This document shows, one piece after another, positions 38,621 through 52,409 of a stretch of DNA of 64,000 nucleotides. The notes below the pieces were generated by a model, which did not search any database, was not told the DNA's origin, and worked only from the letters and a program-made list of their open reading frames with translations. The stretch lies in contig NC_087250.1 of NCBI RefSeq assembly GCF_037042905.1, positions 21,702,001 to 21,766,000 of the forward strand, written 5' to 3'. The first letter of the stretch is position 1. Every line of letters begins with the position of its first letter. A program made the position numbers and the translations under genes. This DNA is from Lytechinus pictus. Taxonomy: Eukaryota.

Positions 38621-38988
38621 CCTATACAAGGCATTTCAGCAGATAAATAAATATCGTATTTCGCTCGATACTATCAATCTGAGAACAAAGGGGTAAACAT
38701 TTGCCATGTTGCCCCTCCGGGTTTTGCCCATAGGAATACTGCATAAAAACAGAGGGCAATATTGGCCATATTTCTGCTAGTGCAATTGCGCAGTAGGAGC
38801 CTATTGTGATTGCTAATTTCAGTATTTGCAAAATCTAGTTGGAACCAGCTTGTGAACCAATACATTGTAGATAATGCACGGCGCAACCAGTGCATACGCA
38901 TTCCGAGCTAATCAAACAAAGTGCAAGATTTTTGTGTTAAGTGTATGTGTGCGCCATGCATGATGCGCTGCTGCGCGGTAACAATAAA

Positions 38989-39724
38989 CCCTATCTAACC
39001 GGGGTATTTTGGGAGATCATGGCTGGGGGGGGGGGGGGCATGAGATCTCGGCAGTCGATCGCGCCAAAAATTGGCACGCAGGTTGTCTGAGACATAATCT
39101 ACATAATTGCATAGTAATATATTTCATGCAAATTGCTATTCAGTGATTATGCTAATTTATGCATTATAAGTATGCAAAATCATACTTTTTCCTCTAACTC
39201 CCTAAATAAAGGTCCAAATGTTCTAATTTTTGGTATACAAACTCTTTATGGTGTTCTCAGCAAATGTACGTGGAAAAAAATTGCGATATCCGATCAATTG
39301 TGCATGTATTATATTGTTTTTTGCAATTTCTTATGTATTTCTTCGTTTTTTGGACCATTTGTTTTTCATTATTTTTTGATGAACTTTGTCGGGGACTGTT
39401 TTGAGATCATAAACAGCATAAAGTAAATCCATTAAGACCAGCAAAACTAAAAATAATCAGATTTATGATTTTTGGTTGAAACACAAATTGTATTGACTTT
39501 GTACATAAAATCATGTTTTTGAAAATTTTTTGGTCTGACATGCACTTACAAAATGTTATGTAATTATAAACCGCGTACCTGGGCGTAGCAAAATTGGTCT
39601 CAAATGCGCAAGTCTTGAAAACAAAGTCAGCGAGCAGCGCGTTTGAAAGAGTTTGCCCGGTGAATTTATTGCCCGAATTGTCGAGCCCCCCCCCCCCCCC
39701 CCCCCCCCCCCCGCCTAGATAGGG
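38989..39724. mobile_element. piggyBac-like MITE with TAAA on both flanks
   Basis: TAAA|CCCTATCTA...TAGATAGGG|TAAA. Confidence 0.75.
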
Positions 39725-40029
39725 TAAAGTCCCAATCGCTTAGCAAGGATTGCAGCTAGTTTGTGAATATATCAGAAGTAGTAAGCAAATTGTTCTAAAT
39801 AATAGCTTGAATTACAAATTATACAGCTGTAGGTAATAATAATAATATTGACTGGCTATATTTTCGGGAAACATTGTATATATTGTGCTTAAAAGAACCA
39901 TATTGCCCTCGTCTAAAGACTCAGGCCAATATGGTTCTGTTGCTCCTTGCGAGTAACATATTTGAAGTTCCCCTCAAGGCCAGTCAATATTATACAATTA
40001 TTATCATTGTCTTCGTCATTATCATCATC

Positions 40030-40072
<43 letters not shown>

Positions 40073-40074
40073 TG

Positions 40075-40555
40075 AATAAATATTCCTACACCCTAATAAC
40101 ACCCCTCCCCTACCGGTGAGCTTGGATGAATAGATATTCCTACCCTCTATTGGCACCCTCCCTAATCCCTTTTTTCTCACCTCACATGCAGAGTATATGG
40201 CAAGCTGTGGACTAGGATTATCCTATCCCCTAGTGAAACCATCCCTAATCCCCATTTCCCACCTAACATGCTGAGTATGGGGCTAGAGTTGAGCTTGGAT
40301 GAATAGATATACTTACCCCCTAATGACAAACCTCCCAAATCTCTTTTTTCTCACCTTACACGCTGAGTATAGGGTGAGATGTGAGCTACATGTAGGATTA
40401 TCCTATCCCCTAGTGAAATCCCCCTAATCCCCATTTCCCACCTAACATGCTGAGTATGGGGCAAGCTGTGGTCTAAGATTATCCTACCCCCTAATCCCCA
40501 TTTCTCACCTTACATGCCGAGTATAGGGCTAGCTGTGGGCTAGGATGAATAGAAG
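40075..40555 (-). repeat. Degenerate tandem repeat derived from the HSDL1 exon 5/intron junction
   Basis: CACCT(T/A/C)ACA(T/C)GC.GAGTAT recurs near 40178, 40260, 40352, 40439 and 40506. Confidence 0.8.
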
Positions 40556-40625
40556 TTCCTGAAGAGACATTAACCACCACTCCGCGTCGCCTCGCTACCA
40601 TCTGAGGTAGAACAAGCTTGGTCAT
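40509..40625 (-). CDS. HSDL1: HSDL1-like exon 5 (catalytic Ser and YxxxK)
   Basis: aag|...|gtgaga, 117 nt; MTKLVLPQMVARRRGVVVNVSSGTSIHPSPQLALYSACK. Confidence 0.9.
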
Positions 40626-40968
40626 CTTCATAAAGGAGAACAAAACGGAAGAAATGTTTTACTTTAATATGCAAAACTTATCAGTAGAACTAAGCAGACA
40701 CCTCTCAGTTCATAATGATTATCAATAAGTACAATTTTTTGCAGCTTAGTAAAAAACAATATTAATGGTAGAGTAAATGAGGTATAATGTCATATTTTCT
40801 CTATGACGTGTCATAAATGTCTTTCCATGTGCTAATAATTGTTCGATTTCAAGAAAGTCTTTTAGGAAAGAGCTGCACTAAACATTTATATTTTGTGAGT
40901 ATGATTTTTTTGCAACTTCTTTGGAAAAAAAATCTTCAGGGTAAAAATCCATGAGGTATAATGTCATA

Positions 40969-41735
40969 TAGGGACAGTGATTTTCCGTTTCAAAAAATTG
41001 CCTTTTCCGTTTCAGAAAATCTCAAATTCCGTTTCAGCATGTCAGAAAACGGAAATTCCGTTGATTAGCAAAATCACAACACGCACACTCGCACTGGTCA
41101 AAATTAGTATCTGCTACTGTACCAACAACACAATAAAATCCGTTCTAATCGGATCTATGCGGGTGCATAAAATATTTTTACACACCCATTTTGCATGTAT
41201 ACATCCTCACCTTTCATATTATTAGCATTATTTCACGGTGAAATGATATTTCATCGATAATTTGGGGGGTTTTTGGACATCGTTATCATCAGTCAACGGC
41301 TTTTGCCAATCCGCCATCTTGGATTTTAAGACCACGATATCGTGCTGTTACATCTTCAAACGTAGAGGGCAGCAACACACGACCGTGTACATGTAGTTGA
41401 ACGATATATGTGTGTGCATGTGAAGCCCAACCCGGCCGGCCGCGCCGGGTACGGCTACGGTGCGGGGTACAATCGAGTGTGCTGATGTCGAGTGCAGTCA
41501 CGATGTGTGAATTGTCATGATAGTAGCGAAGTGAGATCGTGTTTTCTGGGGGTTTTGGGCCATTTAATATTCTCATTTTGTTGTGATTTTGGAGTAATTT
41601 CTGTTGCTATTCTGTGTACTTTGAGGGAAAATACATTTTCCGTGATTTTCCGTTTGAAATGCCACTTTCCGTTTCAAAAGGCCCTTTCCGTGAATTCCGT
41701 CCGTTTTCCGCGATCGCGGAAAATCACTGTCCCTA
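40969..41735. mobile_element. hAT-like element with 6-bp TSD
   Basis: GTCATA|TAGGGACAGTGATTTTCCG...CGGAAAATCACTGTCCCTA|GTCATA; TTCCGT subterminal repeats. Confidence 0.8.
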
Positions 41736-42337
41736 GTCATATATTCTTTATGTGTTAATACTGTCTTCTCTGTGTTAATTGTTTGAGTTCTAGAAAACGT
41801 TTTGAGGAAGAAGGGCACTAAAAATTAGTTTTGTATAGGGTGTACTCACTACTATTTAATATGTCGCTGTAAGAGATGATATACTATTATCTTTTAAAAC
41901 CAACTTTTATTCTTTGAATTGGCAACAATGTTATTTCAATTCAATGGATGCATTTCATTTCTTTTTTTATTTCATAAGAGTGGGTGATATTTGCACACAA
42001 TAATTTCATTTTAATCTCCCCATTTAATTTGTACTTATTTCATATTTCATATAATAAAATCCAAACTAAAAAGTGAGTGTGTGAGGTCATCACTTCCCTC
42101 ATTCAGATACTGACCAGGATGTGTACAAAGTACTACATAACTCATAGGAGAAAATAAGAAAAACTTTAAAATGTCATAACTTTTTTCTTTACTTTGCATC
42201 CTATTTTGATGACATTCCAGAGTTATGTTTGCTTGATTTGTCTCTATTTATCCAAATCAATTATTTGTTGGGAGTATGCTTGAATTCTAAAGTAAGATTG
42301 GATACAAATTTAAGTAAATAATAAGGAATGTAATTAC

Positions 42338-42438
42338 CATGGTAGCAGCTCCAATATTGATATTAATTAGTTGTCTTATACGATCGACATCCATCTCAAG
42401 AAATAGTTGAGGAAAATCCATTGCACCGACGTTATTAA
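42338..42438 (-). CDS. HSDL1: HSDL1-like exon 4 (NNVG motif)
   Basis: cag|...|gtaatt, 101 nt; VNNVGAMDFPQLFLEMDVDRIRQLININIGAATM. Confidence 0.9.
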
Positions 42439-42814
42439 CTGTAAAGCAAGTAATGAGATAAAAACATGAGATACAATACAAGAGCTGCCCAAATATATCA
42501 ACTGATTAGTTGTCTTGTATGTTCCGCATTGATCTCAAGAAATAGTTGAGGCAAAATTCATAGCACCGTTTTCAAATGTGAAGTGAGTTTTGAGATAAAA
42601 GCATGAAAGTTAAGAGAAGATCCACGGATCATAAGTTGACATGGCGATGATTAATTTCTTAGAAATACCAGTCATATGATAATTCAATGAGCCCAAGCTT
42701 ACTTGGCATAAAATAGTGAGTATGTGATATCATCAACCTAACATATGAATAGACCAGCAGGTCTTTATTAGATTTCAAAGACAAGTAAATAATTCTTTTT
42801 TACCAAAGAATTGC

Positions 42815-43082
42815 GGGCACGTCATGGTCTAGTGGTTCTGACTCTCGCCTTTCAAACAGAGGGTCATGGGTTAGAATCCTAACGATGGCATGTTTTCCTT
42901 CAGCAAGAAATGTATCCGCACTGTGCTGCAGGTGAGGTGAATGGGTACCCGGCAGGATTAATTCCTTGTATGCACTGAGCGCCAGTGATGGTAGCTCGAG
43001 CTAAAGCCGGGGTAACAATAGCAGCCCTTTGTATCCTCAGGCAAAAGGAGCTTTATAAATACAGCTATTATTATTATTATTA
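42815..43082 (+). mobile_element. tRNA-derived SINE
   Basis: TGGTCTAGTGG A box, degenerate B box, GAATGGGTACCCGG body, (ATT)n tail. Confidence 0.7.
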
Positions 43083-43843
43083 AAGATACCTGTAGATTTG
43101 GATGTCTTTTAATTTCTTTCAAAGACAGGTAAAGGAGGTATTTTTCTAAGATATGCCTCTGCACGTCTTGATCTGAGAAAGCCTATTGATTTTGAAGACA
43201 CTTAAGTAGATACCTGTAGTTCTGTATGTCTTGAATCAGTGGGTTATCAGCTCTCATGAGGAATGGATATTATTTGGTAAACCCAGACTTTGCATTGCCA
43301 ACCTGTAACAGAGACATCTTTAGGTGAAAGCAAACTCAGTGTAACACCAAGAAATTTTCGTTTCAACCATGACGGATTTGCCTCGAGCAATTGTCTGGCC
43401 AGGGGACGTGAATGTACTGACTTTGTGTGATTTATATTCAACAGGCATGATATTCCCCTCTGAAAAATAGCCAAGGGTTGCTAAGTCACCGTCGAAGTCT
43501 GAGGCGCCCGGTAGGGTTACAAGCTTTGCATAGTAAAGAAATCGAAAGTGATTTTTCAAGGTGAGTCTGTATGATAGTTTTATCATTTGACTTAAAAAAG
43601 CAGTAAAAAAAAAACAGCATGAGAATGTTCTTGGGCAAAGGATTCCACGTAAAAAAAAAAATAATTTGTCTTTTTTTTTAATAACAAAAGAAAGAAATCT
43701 GGAAAAAATAATTAAAAAAATCGGAATTACGATTTTAATCGGGAGAATATCATGCCTGATTTAAAGAGTTTCAAATTCCACATGAAAGCTGACGCCCCAC
43801 TGACTTTAATGTGATTCCAAAGAGATGACAAGGAAATACTTAC

Positions 43844-43954
43844 CTAAGATACCTATCTGCATGTCTTGTAGTTTAGTAGAGATGTCATCATATATCTCAG
43901 ATCCGAGGCTGAAGTCTGCTTTGATCACATGAGTCTTGACACCATAGAAAGACT
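43844..43954 (-). CDS. HSDL1: HSDL1-like exon 3
   Basis: tag|...|gtaagt, 111 nt; ESFYGVKTHVIKADFSLGSEIYDDISTKLQDMQIGIL. Confidence 0.9.
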
Positions 43955-43992
43955 CTAGATACAAAATAAAAATTTTTCAACAAAAGTTTTAA

Positions 43993-44743
43993 CCCTAAAT
44001 AGAATGGGCTATTTTGACGCCTAAGAAGAGTGGTGGGAGCTGATTCAGCCCCCCCTTATGATCTCGGCCGTTGATTGCGCGATCGGGACGAAAATTGGCA
44101 CGCGCGTTAGCCATGGCATTATCTACAAAACTATAATATCAAATTCTGTGAAAAATCTCATTGCTCATTAATTATGCTAATTTATGGGTAAAATCATAAG
44201 TTTGCTCTAACTAATAAAATAATGCCCCTAAAATGCTAGTTTTTGTTTCACATACTCTAGATAGGCATCTGATCAAATTTATTTTTCAAAAACTTCAACA
44301 TCACATTTATTTTCTTATGTATTCTATTGTTTTCTAAATTTCTTATGTATTTCTTAGTTTTTTGAATTTTTGTTTTTTATTGTTTTTTCAATGGAAATTG
44401 TCGGGGACTTTATTTTGACCATAAACAAGATAAAATTAATTGATTTTAAGCAGTAAAAGGAAAAAGAATGATACATTTTATGAATTTTGGCTAATTTACT
44501 ATTTGCATTGGATTTGTACACAAATTCACATTTTTGAGTAATTTTGGGCCTGCATGCACTTACAAAATGTTGCGTAATTTTGGAGCCGCGTACCCGGGGG
44601 TCACAATTTTGGTCTCAAAAGTTGCGCGAGACTTGAAAGTAAAAAGTCAGAGAGCGATGCGGTCAAGAAAATTTGAGTGGCGGATTATCGCGAAAAATGT
44701 CGAGGGGGGGGGGGCTGAATCAGCCCCCCCAGTCTTCTTAGGG
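43993..44743. mobile_element. piggyBac-like MITE
   Basis: TTAA|CCCTAA...TTAGGG|TTAA; about 38 bp from the HSDL1 exon 3 acceptor. Confidence 0.8.
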
Positions 44744-45225
44744 TTAAAAGGGTATGCGGAAGTATGGTATTCCTTGCATGCCTGGATGTTAAGAATAATA
44801 AAATCATAATTTTGATTTGAACCAAGCCCTGTTGTCGGTGTAAAGTCAAAATCAGCTTCAAGTCACAGCCGATGATATCAATATGATTTGAGTTTGAATT
44901 TGGCTTATAATACTGAATTTTGATTCAGTAGTCCTACCACTGTATTCCGAACCTCTGATCTCTAACATTTTATTGGTTGGAATGTTCATAACAAATGTTT
45001 TTATAATTTATTTGAAATATGAAACACATCGAGTCGAATAGTGTGCACCGAGCTTCGGATGTGGGTCAGAATAATAATAAAGGGATTTCATTCACATCAA
45101 GAATATTGCAATCATTGAGAATGCTTTGTGCTACATGCAGGCTTTGAGATGAAATTACAACAGATTATCTATGGGAGAAAATGTGTGCAAATCAACTCTG
45201 ATTACCAATTTGAGGAGGGTCTTAC

Positions 45226-45348
45226 CAATCTCTGTAGCTACCTTCTTGAGTTTCTCAGCAGAGCGACTAATGAGAATGATATTCACACCATTACGAGCAA
45301 GCTCCTTGGCATAAGCCTTACCAATCCCATCTGTAGAACCTGTTACAA
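45226..45348 (-). CDS. HSDL1: HSDL1-like exon 2 (Rossmann TGxxxGIG motif)
   Basis: cag|...|gtaag, 123 nt; [41 protein letters not shown]. Confidence 0.92.
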
Positions 45349-47951
45349 CTGATGAGGTAAAGAGAGGTAACAAAACAGAGGCCTGTTATTGAAGTTCTAA
45401 ATTTGACCAAGGCCTGTTGCATAAATGTTACCATTACTGGTAACTTGCATGGAATCCTTGATTTTGATTGGCTGTTGATCAGTTTTCCCATGGTAGTTAC
45501 CACTGGATGGCAAAGTTACCATAATGGTAACTTTATTAATACAATGGGGCCCTAGTACGATTCAAGTGATTTTACACCTTCTTGTGGAAAAGGATACACT
45601 CTAGATTTCCATCTGTCGTTCACAAAGTTGCTCGTAGCTTACAAACAGGTTTAAGAAACATCCACTTAAAATGTCATTTCCATATTTGTACCATGTGCAT
45701 CAAATTATACTTATAATTTTGTCTGACTTATTTGCAATCCAAAACTTCCCATGGTTTGTCAAGAGACAAGACTCATGACAGACAATAATTTTTTTTACTA
45801 TCTTTTGAAATTAAAAGCAGATTAGTAAAAAGATTCATGGCTTATCTTTAATGATTCATTATATTGATTTTAAAACAAAAGATATATAACATCAAGGTCA
45901 TCATTAATATTTGTGATTACATGAAGATGAGGACAGCTTGGTCTGGCCCTGGGGGGCTAATGCCGAAAGCACAGATTCCAAGTTCCAGCAAATATTCACC
46001 TTCTTTTGTTTGAGCTCTGGCCTCTGCCACTGCTGAAATACCAGTTGCGCATAAATTCAGCCTTTACTCTCAGCAATAACATGACCATGATAACATCAAA
46101 TTCCATGCTATTCACTAAAGTTTTTGATCCATTTAATATGGCATGTTTTAATAGATTGGATAGTATTATCTTTACTTAGTTAGATTAAAAAATCCTAACA
46201 AAAATGATCAATGCAATGAATAAATATGAATCACACAAAAAAAAGCACAAGTGAAAAAAAAAACACACACACTTGGTGACTTGCACAAAACCTATCGTGG
46301 TTGATGCATGGGGTGGGGGCTTGGACAATGTTAGAGTTGGAGCTTGTTTTATGAATGATTTATAAAGGGAAAGAGTTCCATATGCACCCCCCCCCCCCCA
46401 CCAAAAATAACAAAATTTTTTTGAGACTTCCAGGCTGTTCACTTCAGATTTTTCTATCATTTTTTTACTGTTGGCACCTTAGTTGGGACTCGAACTCACC
46501 TCGTTTTATCTGCAGTCAAGACCTGTTCCCGCTATGCTAGAGAGAAGCGCTGACACTACAAGGGGTATTTTAATGATTATCAGTCAATCAGTCAACTAGT
46601 CTTCACTAACAGACCCTTTACTGACTTAATAAACCGATGTCTATGGATTAAAGTTTAAACACACTAGAGCCTGCTCGAAATTTGACGGAATAAAGCCATA
46701 TTTTGGTATGTATTTCCACTTCCCCATCATATACATGTATGTTCTGTATTGGGTTACCGTTAGATTAGACCAATAGCTTCGGTCTCTGTTATGTTGGTTG
46801 TTCCGCTGAACCCCGTTGGCTCCACTCACCAAATACAGAGACCGAATTTCTAGCTCGATCTGTATAGGGGACTCAATCAAAGGCCATATGTTTATGTATT
46901 ATTAAAGTGCGGATAAGACAGGGAACTGAAGTTGTGCGACAGCTGAAGTAAGTCAATGTTTTTTCCCCTATTAAGCTTTTTTTTCCTGTTTTGGCGCATT
47001 TCAGGCCAAAACGGAATAATAATCTAGACTTTATTTTGGTACAGTTCTTTTTATATATTTTTATGAAATAAAGACAAAAATCAATGAACCCCGTCGGGGG
47101 GATTTTGCATTGTTAACCCCCTTATGGTGGCTGCACGATAGCGAGCTGTCTGTGTACGAGGAGAAATGTTTAAAAAAATGTTTAAAAACTCCTTGAAACA
47201 GACGGCTGCCAGCTGTCTGAATGAAACTTAACGTAAATCAAGTTTAACCAGGACAGAAAAGAATAATTAAGAGCAAAATAATTTTTGAAAAAAAAAAAAA
47301 ATCGGGCAAGCAGTTTTTTCTATCGGGCAAGCAAATTTTTTTATCACTTGCCCTGTCGGGCAAGTGATGAAAAAAAAATTTGTAGAGGCCTGCTTAACAT
47401 TAGAAATATTATTCTGAACATTCTCCATGTTTTTATTTTCAATTTTAGTGGGGGGTGCATATGGAACTCTTCAGTGGCGTAACAGGCGGGGAGGAGGCAA
47501 GCTGCCTCCCCTGGCGGAGTTCAACGGAAAAAAAAAACGGGAAAGGGGAAAGGAAAGGGAACTAAGAAAAAAAATAAAAAAGGAAAACGGAAAGAAAATG
47601 GGAAAAGGAAGGAAATAAGAACATGGGAGAAAGAACAATTCTCCCTGATATACAAATACATTAGCATGAATAGGGAAATAAATTAAAGATGACAAAAAGG
47701 CAAACAAAAGCGGGAAATGAAGGTAGAATGGAATGAGCCAAAATCTAAATTGGAAAATAAAGAAAAGGGACAAGATAACACTAACGGGCTGCCGAGGATT
47801 GAAGATAACGATCGGGAAGAAAGATGGATGTTATATAGCATAATGTCATATGAAAGTCTATCATAAACTTGCTAAATCTCCAAAGCTACCGGGAGCTCTG
47901 TCCAAGAGTCAAGACCCCGTGCAGTGGGTGCTCTTCATCTGTAACCTTTAA

Positions 47952-48727
47952 CCCTAACTAGGCTGGGCTTTTTTGGCTGTTCTGTGGCCGGGGGGGGGGG
48001 GGGGGGGGGGGTTGATTCAACCCCCCCCTGAGATCTCGGCTGCCGATCGCGCGAGCGCCGCAATAATTTGCACGCTGGTAGTGTGCGATGTAATCTACAA
48101 GGCTGTATGGTAAAATTTTCCAAAATAATGAGATTTTATTTTATATGAATTAATTATGCTAATTTATGCATAAATCATACTTTTTGCTCTAATTCACTAA
48201 ATAAAGCTCCTAGAATGCTAATTTTTGGTAACAATATTCTTTGTAGCATTCTTAACAATTGCAATCGAAAAAAACTTTGGTTTGGAAATCAATTTCTTAT
48301 GTATTTTATTGTTTTATGAATTTCTTATGTATTTCATTGTTTTTCAACCTTTTGTTTTTCTTTGTTTTTTTCACTAGATTTATTGCACAACCTTTTTGAA
48401 GCATAATTATGCCAAAATTAATTGATTTCAGCTGTTAAAAGCAAAAATAATCATATCTTTATGAATAAGATGAGAAAACTCAATTTGCATTGACTTTGTA
48501 CACAAAATCATGTTTTGGAACAATTTTTGGTCTGACATGCACTTACAAAATGTTGCGTAATTTCGGAACCGCGTACCCGGGCATCGCAAATTTGGTCTGA
48601 AAAGATGCGCGAGACTTAAAAGTATAAACTCTGAGAGTGGCGCGGTAAAAAAATTTCGCACGGCGAAATGATCGCAGAAAATGATGGGGGGGGGGTTGAT
48701 TCAACCCCCCCCCCGGTCAGTTTAGGG
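47952..48727. mobile_element. piggyBac-like MITE
   Basis: TTAA|CCCTAA...TTAGGG|TTAA. Confidence 0.8.
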
Positions 48728-50879
48728 TTAAAGGGCTCTATAACGGGCCCCTATGTGGACCCTTCCTGCATTAAGCCTTGTGTTGAAGCACTAGCCTACG
48801 GGGGGGGGGGGTCCACAGCCAAGGGGAAATAAAAGAAAATATAGGAGGCAGCAAAATGAGATGAATGAAAAAAAATATACGACACAATATTTTCTATGAT
48901 GTAAAAATCTATCACATAATTAGAATTTCAATTTTCATTTCAAAAGGCAATTCTTTTTGTGGCTCGCTTCGCTCGCTGACGACGTTTTACAAATTTTCCC
49001 ACATTTGCTATGGTGTGCCCCTAAAAAAATTTGGATGATAACGGTACACAACTGCATTGAATTTGTGTTGTGTGAAAGCTATATAAAAATACACGCAATT
49101 TGATTAAAATTAGTGGCCATCTGTAAGGTTTAAAATGGCTTTAATATCAAGAGTAATGCACTGCTGTATGGATGATTTTGGACTATGGCCCCCAAAAGAT
49201 CTACAACCAAACAAAAAAAGGAGGAAAGAAAGAAAAGAAAAAGTGCAGATCTATTATATTTTTTTGAAGATTACGTCAAAATCTATCTTCATGTTAGATT
49301 CTCATGAAAAGGTGATTTTTTTTTATCTCGCTCGCTTCGATCGGGACTTATATTAAGCTACTTCTTGCCACAGGCGCCATACTGGGCCCCTCGAGCATTT
49401 AGAGCTTTGCCCTGATGTGCACAATCATGATAAAAATCCTGTTCACTGTGGCGTACAGTGAAATATTATGATATCTTTTTAACATTCTTAATAATATTAT
49501 GTCAAAATCTAGTAGGGCCTAGTAGTATCACGATCACAAAATTCGATTTTTGCTATAAAAATATCAAATTTTTTGCTCGCTCGCATTTATTTATTTTTTT
49601 GCCCGATACACCATATCAACCCTCTAAAATTGTTTCCTAGACCTGTCCTAGTGACGCCATTGCCTGTTCCATGAATCTGACCGGGATATTAATTTTACTT
49701 TTTTAGCTCTTGCCCGCCCCACTCCTAGTACCAATGAGGTCCAAACATTACATGTATGGACCTCATAGGCGACATAAGTGATAAAACCGGTTAGACATTG
49801 CCGTTTCTATTTGCACCCAAGAACTTTGGCAAATGTACGCCTTAATACATAGTGGATGGTAACAATTTAGGTATTAATTAGTTTTAAACATGATAAGGAA
49901 ACTTCTACGACATTTGAAATTTAATGGATTGAGGTTAAACTTACATTTTCAGTCTTTTTTCTTGAATTCTTGGTGAGCGTTCCAAACGCTGTGGGGACTG
50001 ATCAACTACGATGTGATTCACGTACTGGTCAGCTGATCGGTCAGGTGATCGGTTGGTTATCTTTTTGTCAGACGTTCATAATTTATATTACAATATATCA
50101 ATCTTCAGTATCTTGATTTCAAGCATCAGTATTGCAGGGAAAAGTCATTATCGATTGGAATCAATGGCAGATCGGGGGGGGGGGGGGTTGAGCATTTCTG
50201 GCCCGTTCCACCTTTTGAGATTCATAGTCAATATTTTGGATGTAAAAAAAAAAATGACGTTCGTACAAAGTTAATTCCCCCCCCCCCCCCCCACCTCCTT
50301 ATGAGAATCACAGCAATATTTGTAATGGGGATATTTTGTTCATATTCTTTGCTCTTTTTTGTCCTTTTCTTTTTTGCTTCCCAAATTTATTTTACTTTGA
50401 ACATATGACTTTCTATATTTAATGACAAACTTTTTTAGGGGGGTGGGGGCTTGCCAAATATAACGCGCGACAAGATGACCTTCTTTTTTTAGTGACAACT
50501 TTTTTTTTATTTGTCAAATTTTACGAGAGACAAAATGACCTTCGATCATTATTAATTAAACCTTTTTTTTGGAGGGTAGGGGGCTCGCCAAATAGTGACA
50601 CACTTTTTTTTGTAAAATGTTATGCAAGAAAAAATGATCTTTAATCATTATCAGCTACCTTTCATTTTTTTTTTAGGGGGGGGGGGCTTGTCAAATTTTA
50701 CGTGGGACAAATGGAACAAAATGGCCTTCAATCATTTTTAGTTAAAACCTTTTTTTGGGAGGGGGGCTTGCCAAATATTTCACAAACAAAATGAACTTCA
50801 ATTTTAGTGACCATCTTTTTATTACTTTTAAAATTTCACGCAGGACAAAATGACCTTCACTTTTTTTTAATGGTATGTT

Positions 50880-51079
50880 ATATCGAGATTTTTTACCTGA
50901 CTGCTAAAAAAGCACGAATGCCTGTGAGCAAGCAACCAGGGGACCAACGGCTTAAGGTCCTCTCCGAGGGACCTGGTAATGAGGATAAGCCTTAAGGGCA
51001 CTAGCGCACCACTTGGGAATCGAACCCGGGTCACCGGAATCCGAAACCCCTGCTCTACCGACTGAGCCATCGCGCCTCC
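50880..51079 (-). mobile_element. tRNA-derived SINE
   Basis: GGCGCGATGGCTCAGTCGGTAGAGC...GGTTCGATTCCC continues into a non-tRNA body GTCCCTCGGAGAGGACCTTAAGCC. Confidence 0.75.
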
Positions 51080-52409
51080 GATATGTTAAACTTGGGGGGG
51101 GGGGGAGGCTTGCCAAATATTACACGGACAAAATGAGTCTTTTATTTTTAGTAACCATCTTTTCTTTTTCCTTGTCAAATCTTACGCCAGACAAAATGAC
51201 AATTTTTCTGTGATAACCTTTTTTGGGGGGGTTGTCAAATTTTACTTGAGAAATTGCACCCCCCTACTTTGGAAAATCGAAGATTAAGATCATGAGTATA
51301 TATAGCCTACATCTCAGAGGCATAAACAGATGGGGGCATGGCTGGCCATCCCCCGAGTGGATTTCACCTGAAAAAAAAACATAGGAGCAACGGAAGGAAG
51401 AAAGAAAGAAAAATGAAAGAAAGAACGAAAGGAAATTTAAAAAGGAAAGTAATGTGAGAACAAATAATCCGGGGGGGGGGGGCTACTCAGATAATAAAAA
51501 AATCTGCCATCTGTAATTAAATTGGATTAGTTAATATCCAGAGGTCCCAGGGCTACCAACATACATGTAGCGCGGGCAGTGCATGGCGTACCTAGGATTT
51601 TCCACAGGGGGGCAAAATCGGCCGCCAAAAAATTTGACAAGCAAAAAAAAAGGAAAAAAAGGCTCTTCAATGAAAAAGGTCTTCAATCGTACCAGAAAAA
51701 ATTTGACAAGCAAAAAAAAAGTCTTCAAGCTCGCCAGGGGGGGCAAAATAGGTATTCAAGCTCGTCGGGGGGGGGGGGGGCAAAATAGGTTTTCAAGCTC
51801 GTCAGGGGGGCCGGGGGGCAGAGATATGTAATTTGCATGGGTTTGTGACTCATCGGGGGGGGGGGGGCAGACTGCCCCCCCCCCCTAGGTACGCTAGTGC
51901 TCGGGACTTACATTACGTAACTTTTATCTTCCACATGCGACATGTACTATGCCCCCTCTTATATACCCCTGTTATGCCCCTGCACAGACTCGTCTACATT
52001 GATTTCGATATTTAAGCGTCATTATAAAATTATAGCAAAAAGAACGCCTTGATTAAAGGCCATTACCCCAAGAGACTCGCGAGCGTCATGTGACAACTCG
52101 CCCTGGATTTGCACGTACAGGATCCTATGGCGACAAAATCCATCGCAAGAGTTGGCCAGAAGAGGCGATGAAAACACAAAATTTGGAAAGAAAAGAACCC
52201 GTGAGTACCCGTTTTACATTATAATTATGAAATTAGTATATAATTGATAACATAGACCTAAATTTAGGCCGTAATTTTGATTAATTTGCTGGAAATTCAA
52301 GGCCAAAACGTACCCGTCTGGCGTCGACTTTTCCAACACGCGTTGGAATAGCGGTGTAGCCCCAGAGTGGCCCGCCCTCATAGCATATATACGAACCTCG
52401 TACTACTAC

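Noticed and set aside
38421..38634. Signal-peptide-like or poly-Ile/Met ORFs
   Set aside because: Translations of the trinucleotide microsatellite.
50995..51079. tRNA genes (also at 5736, 35765 and 42815)
   Set aside because: No closed acceptor stem that I could find; each runs into a SINE body and tail.
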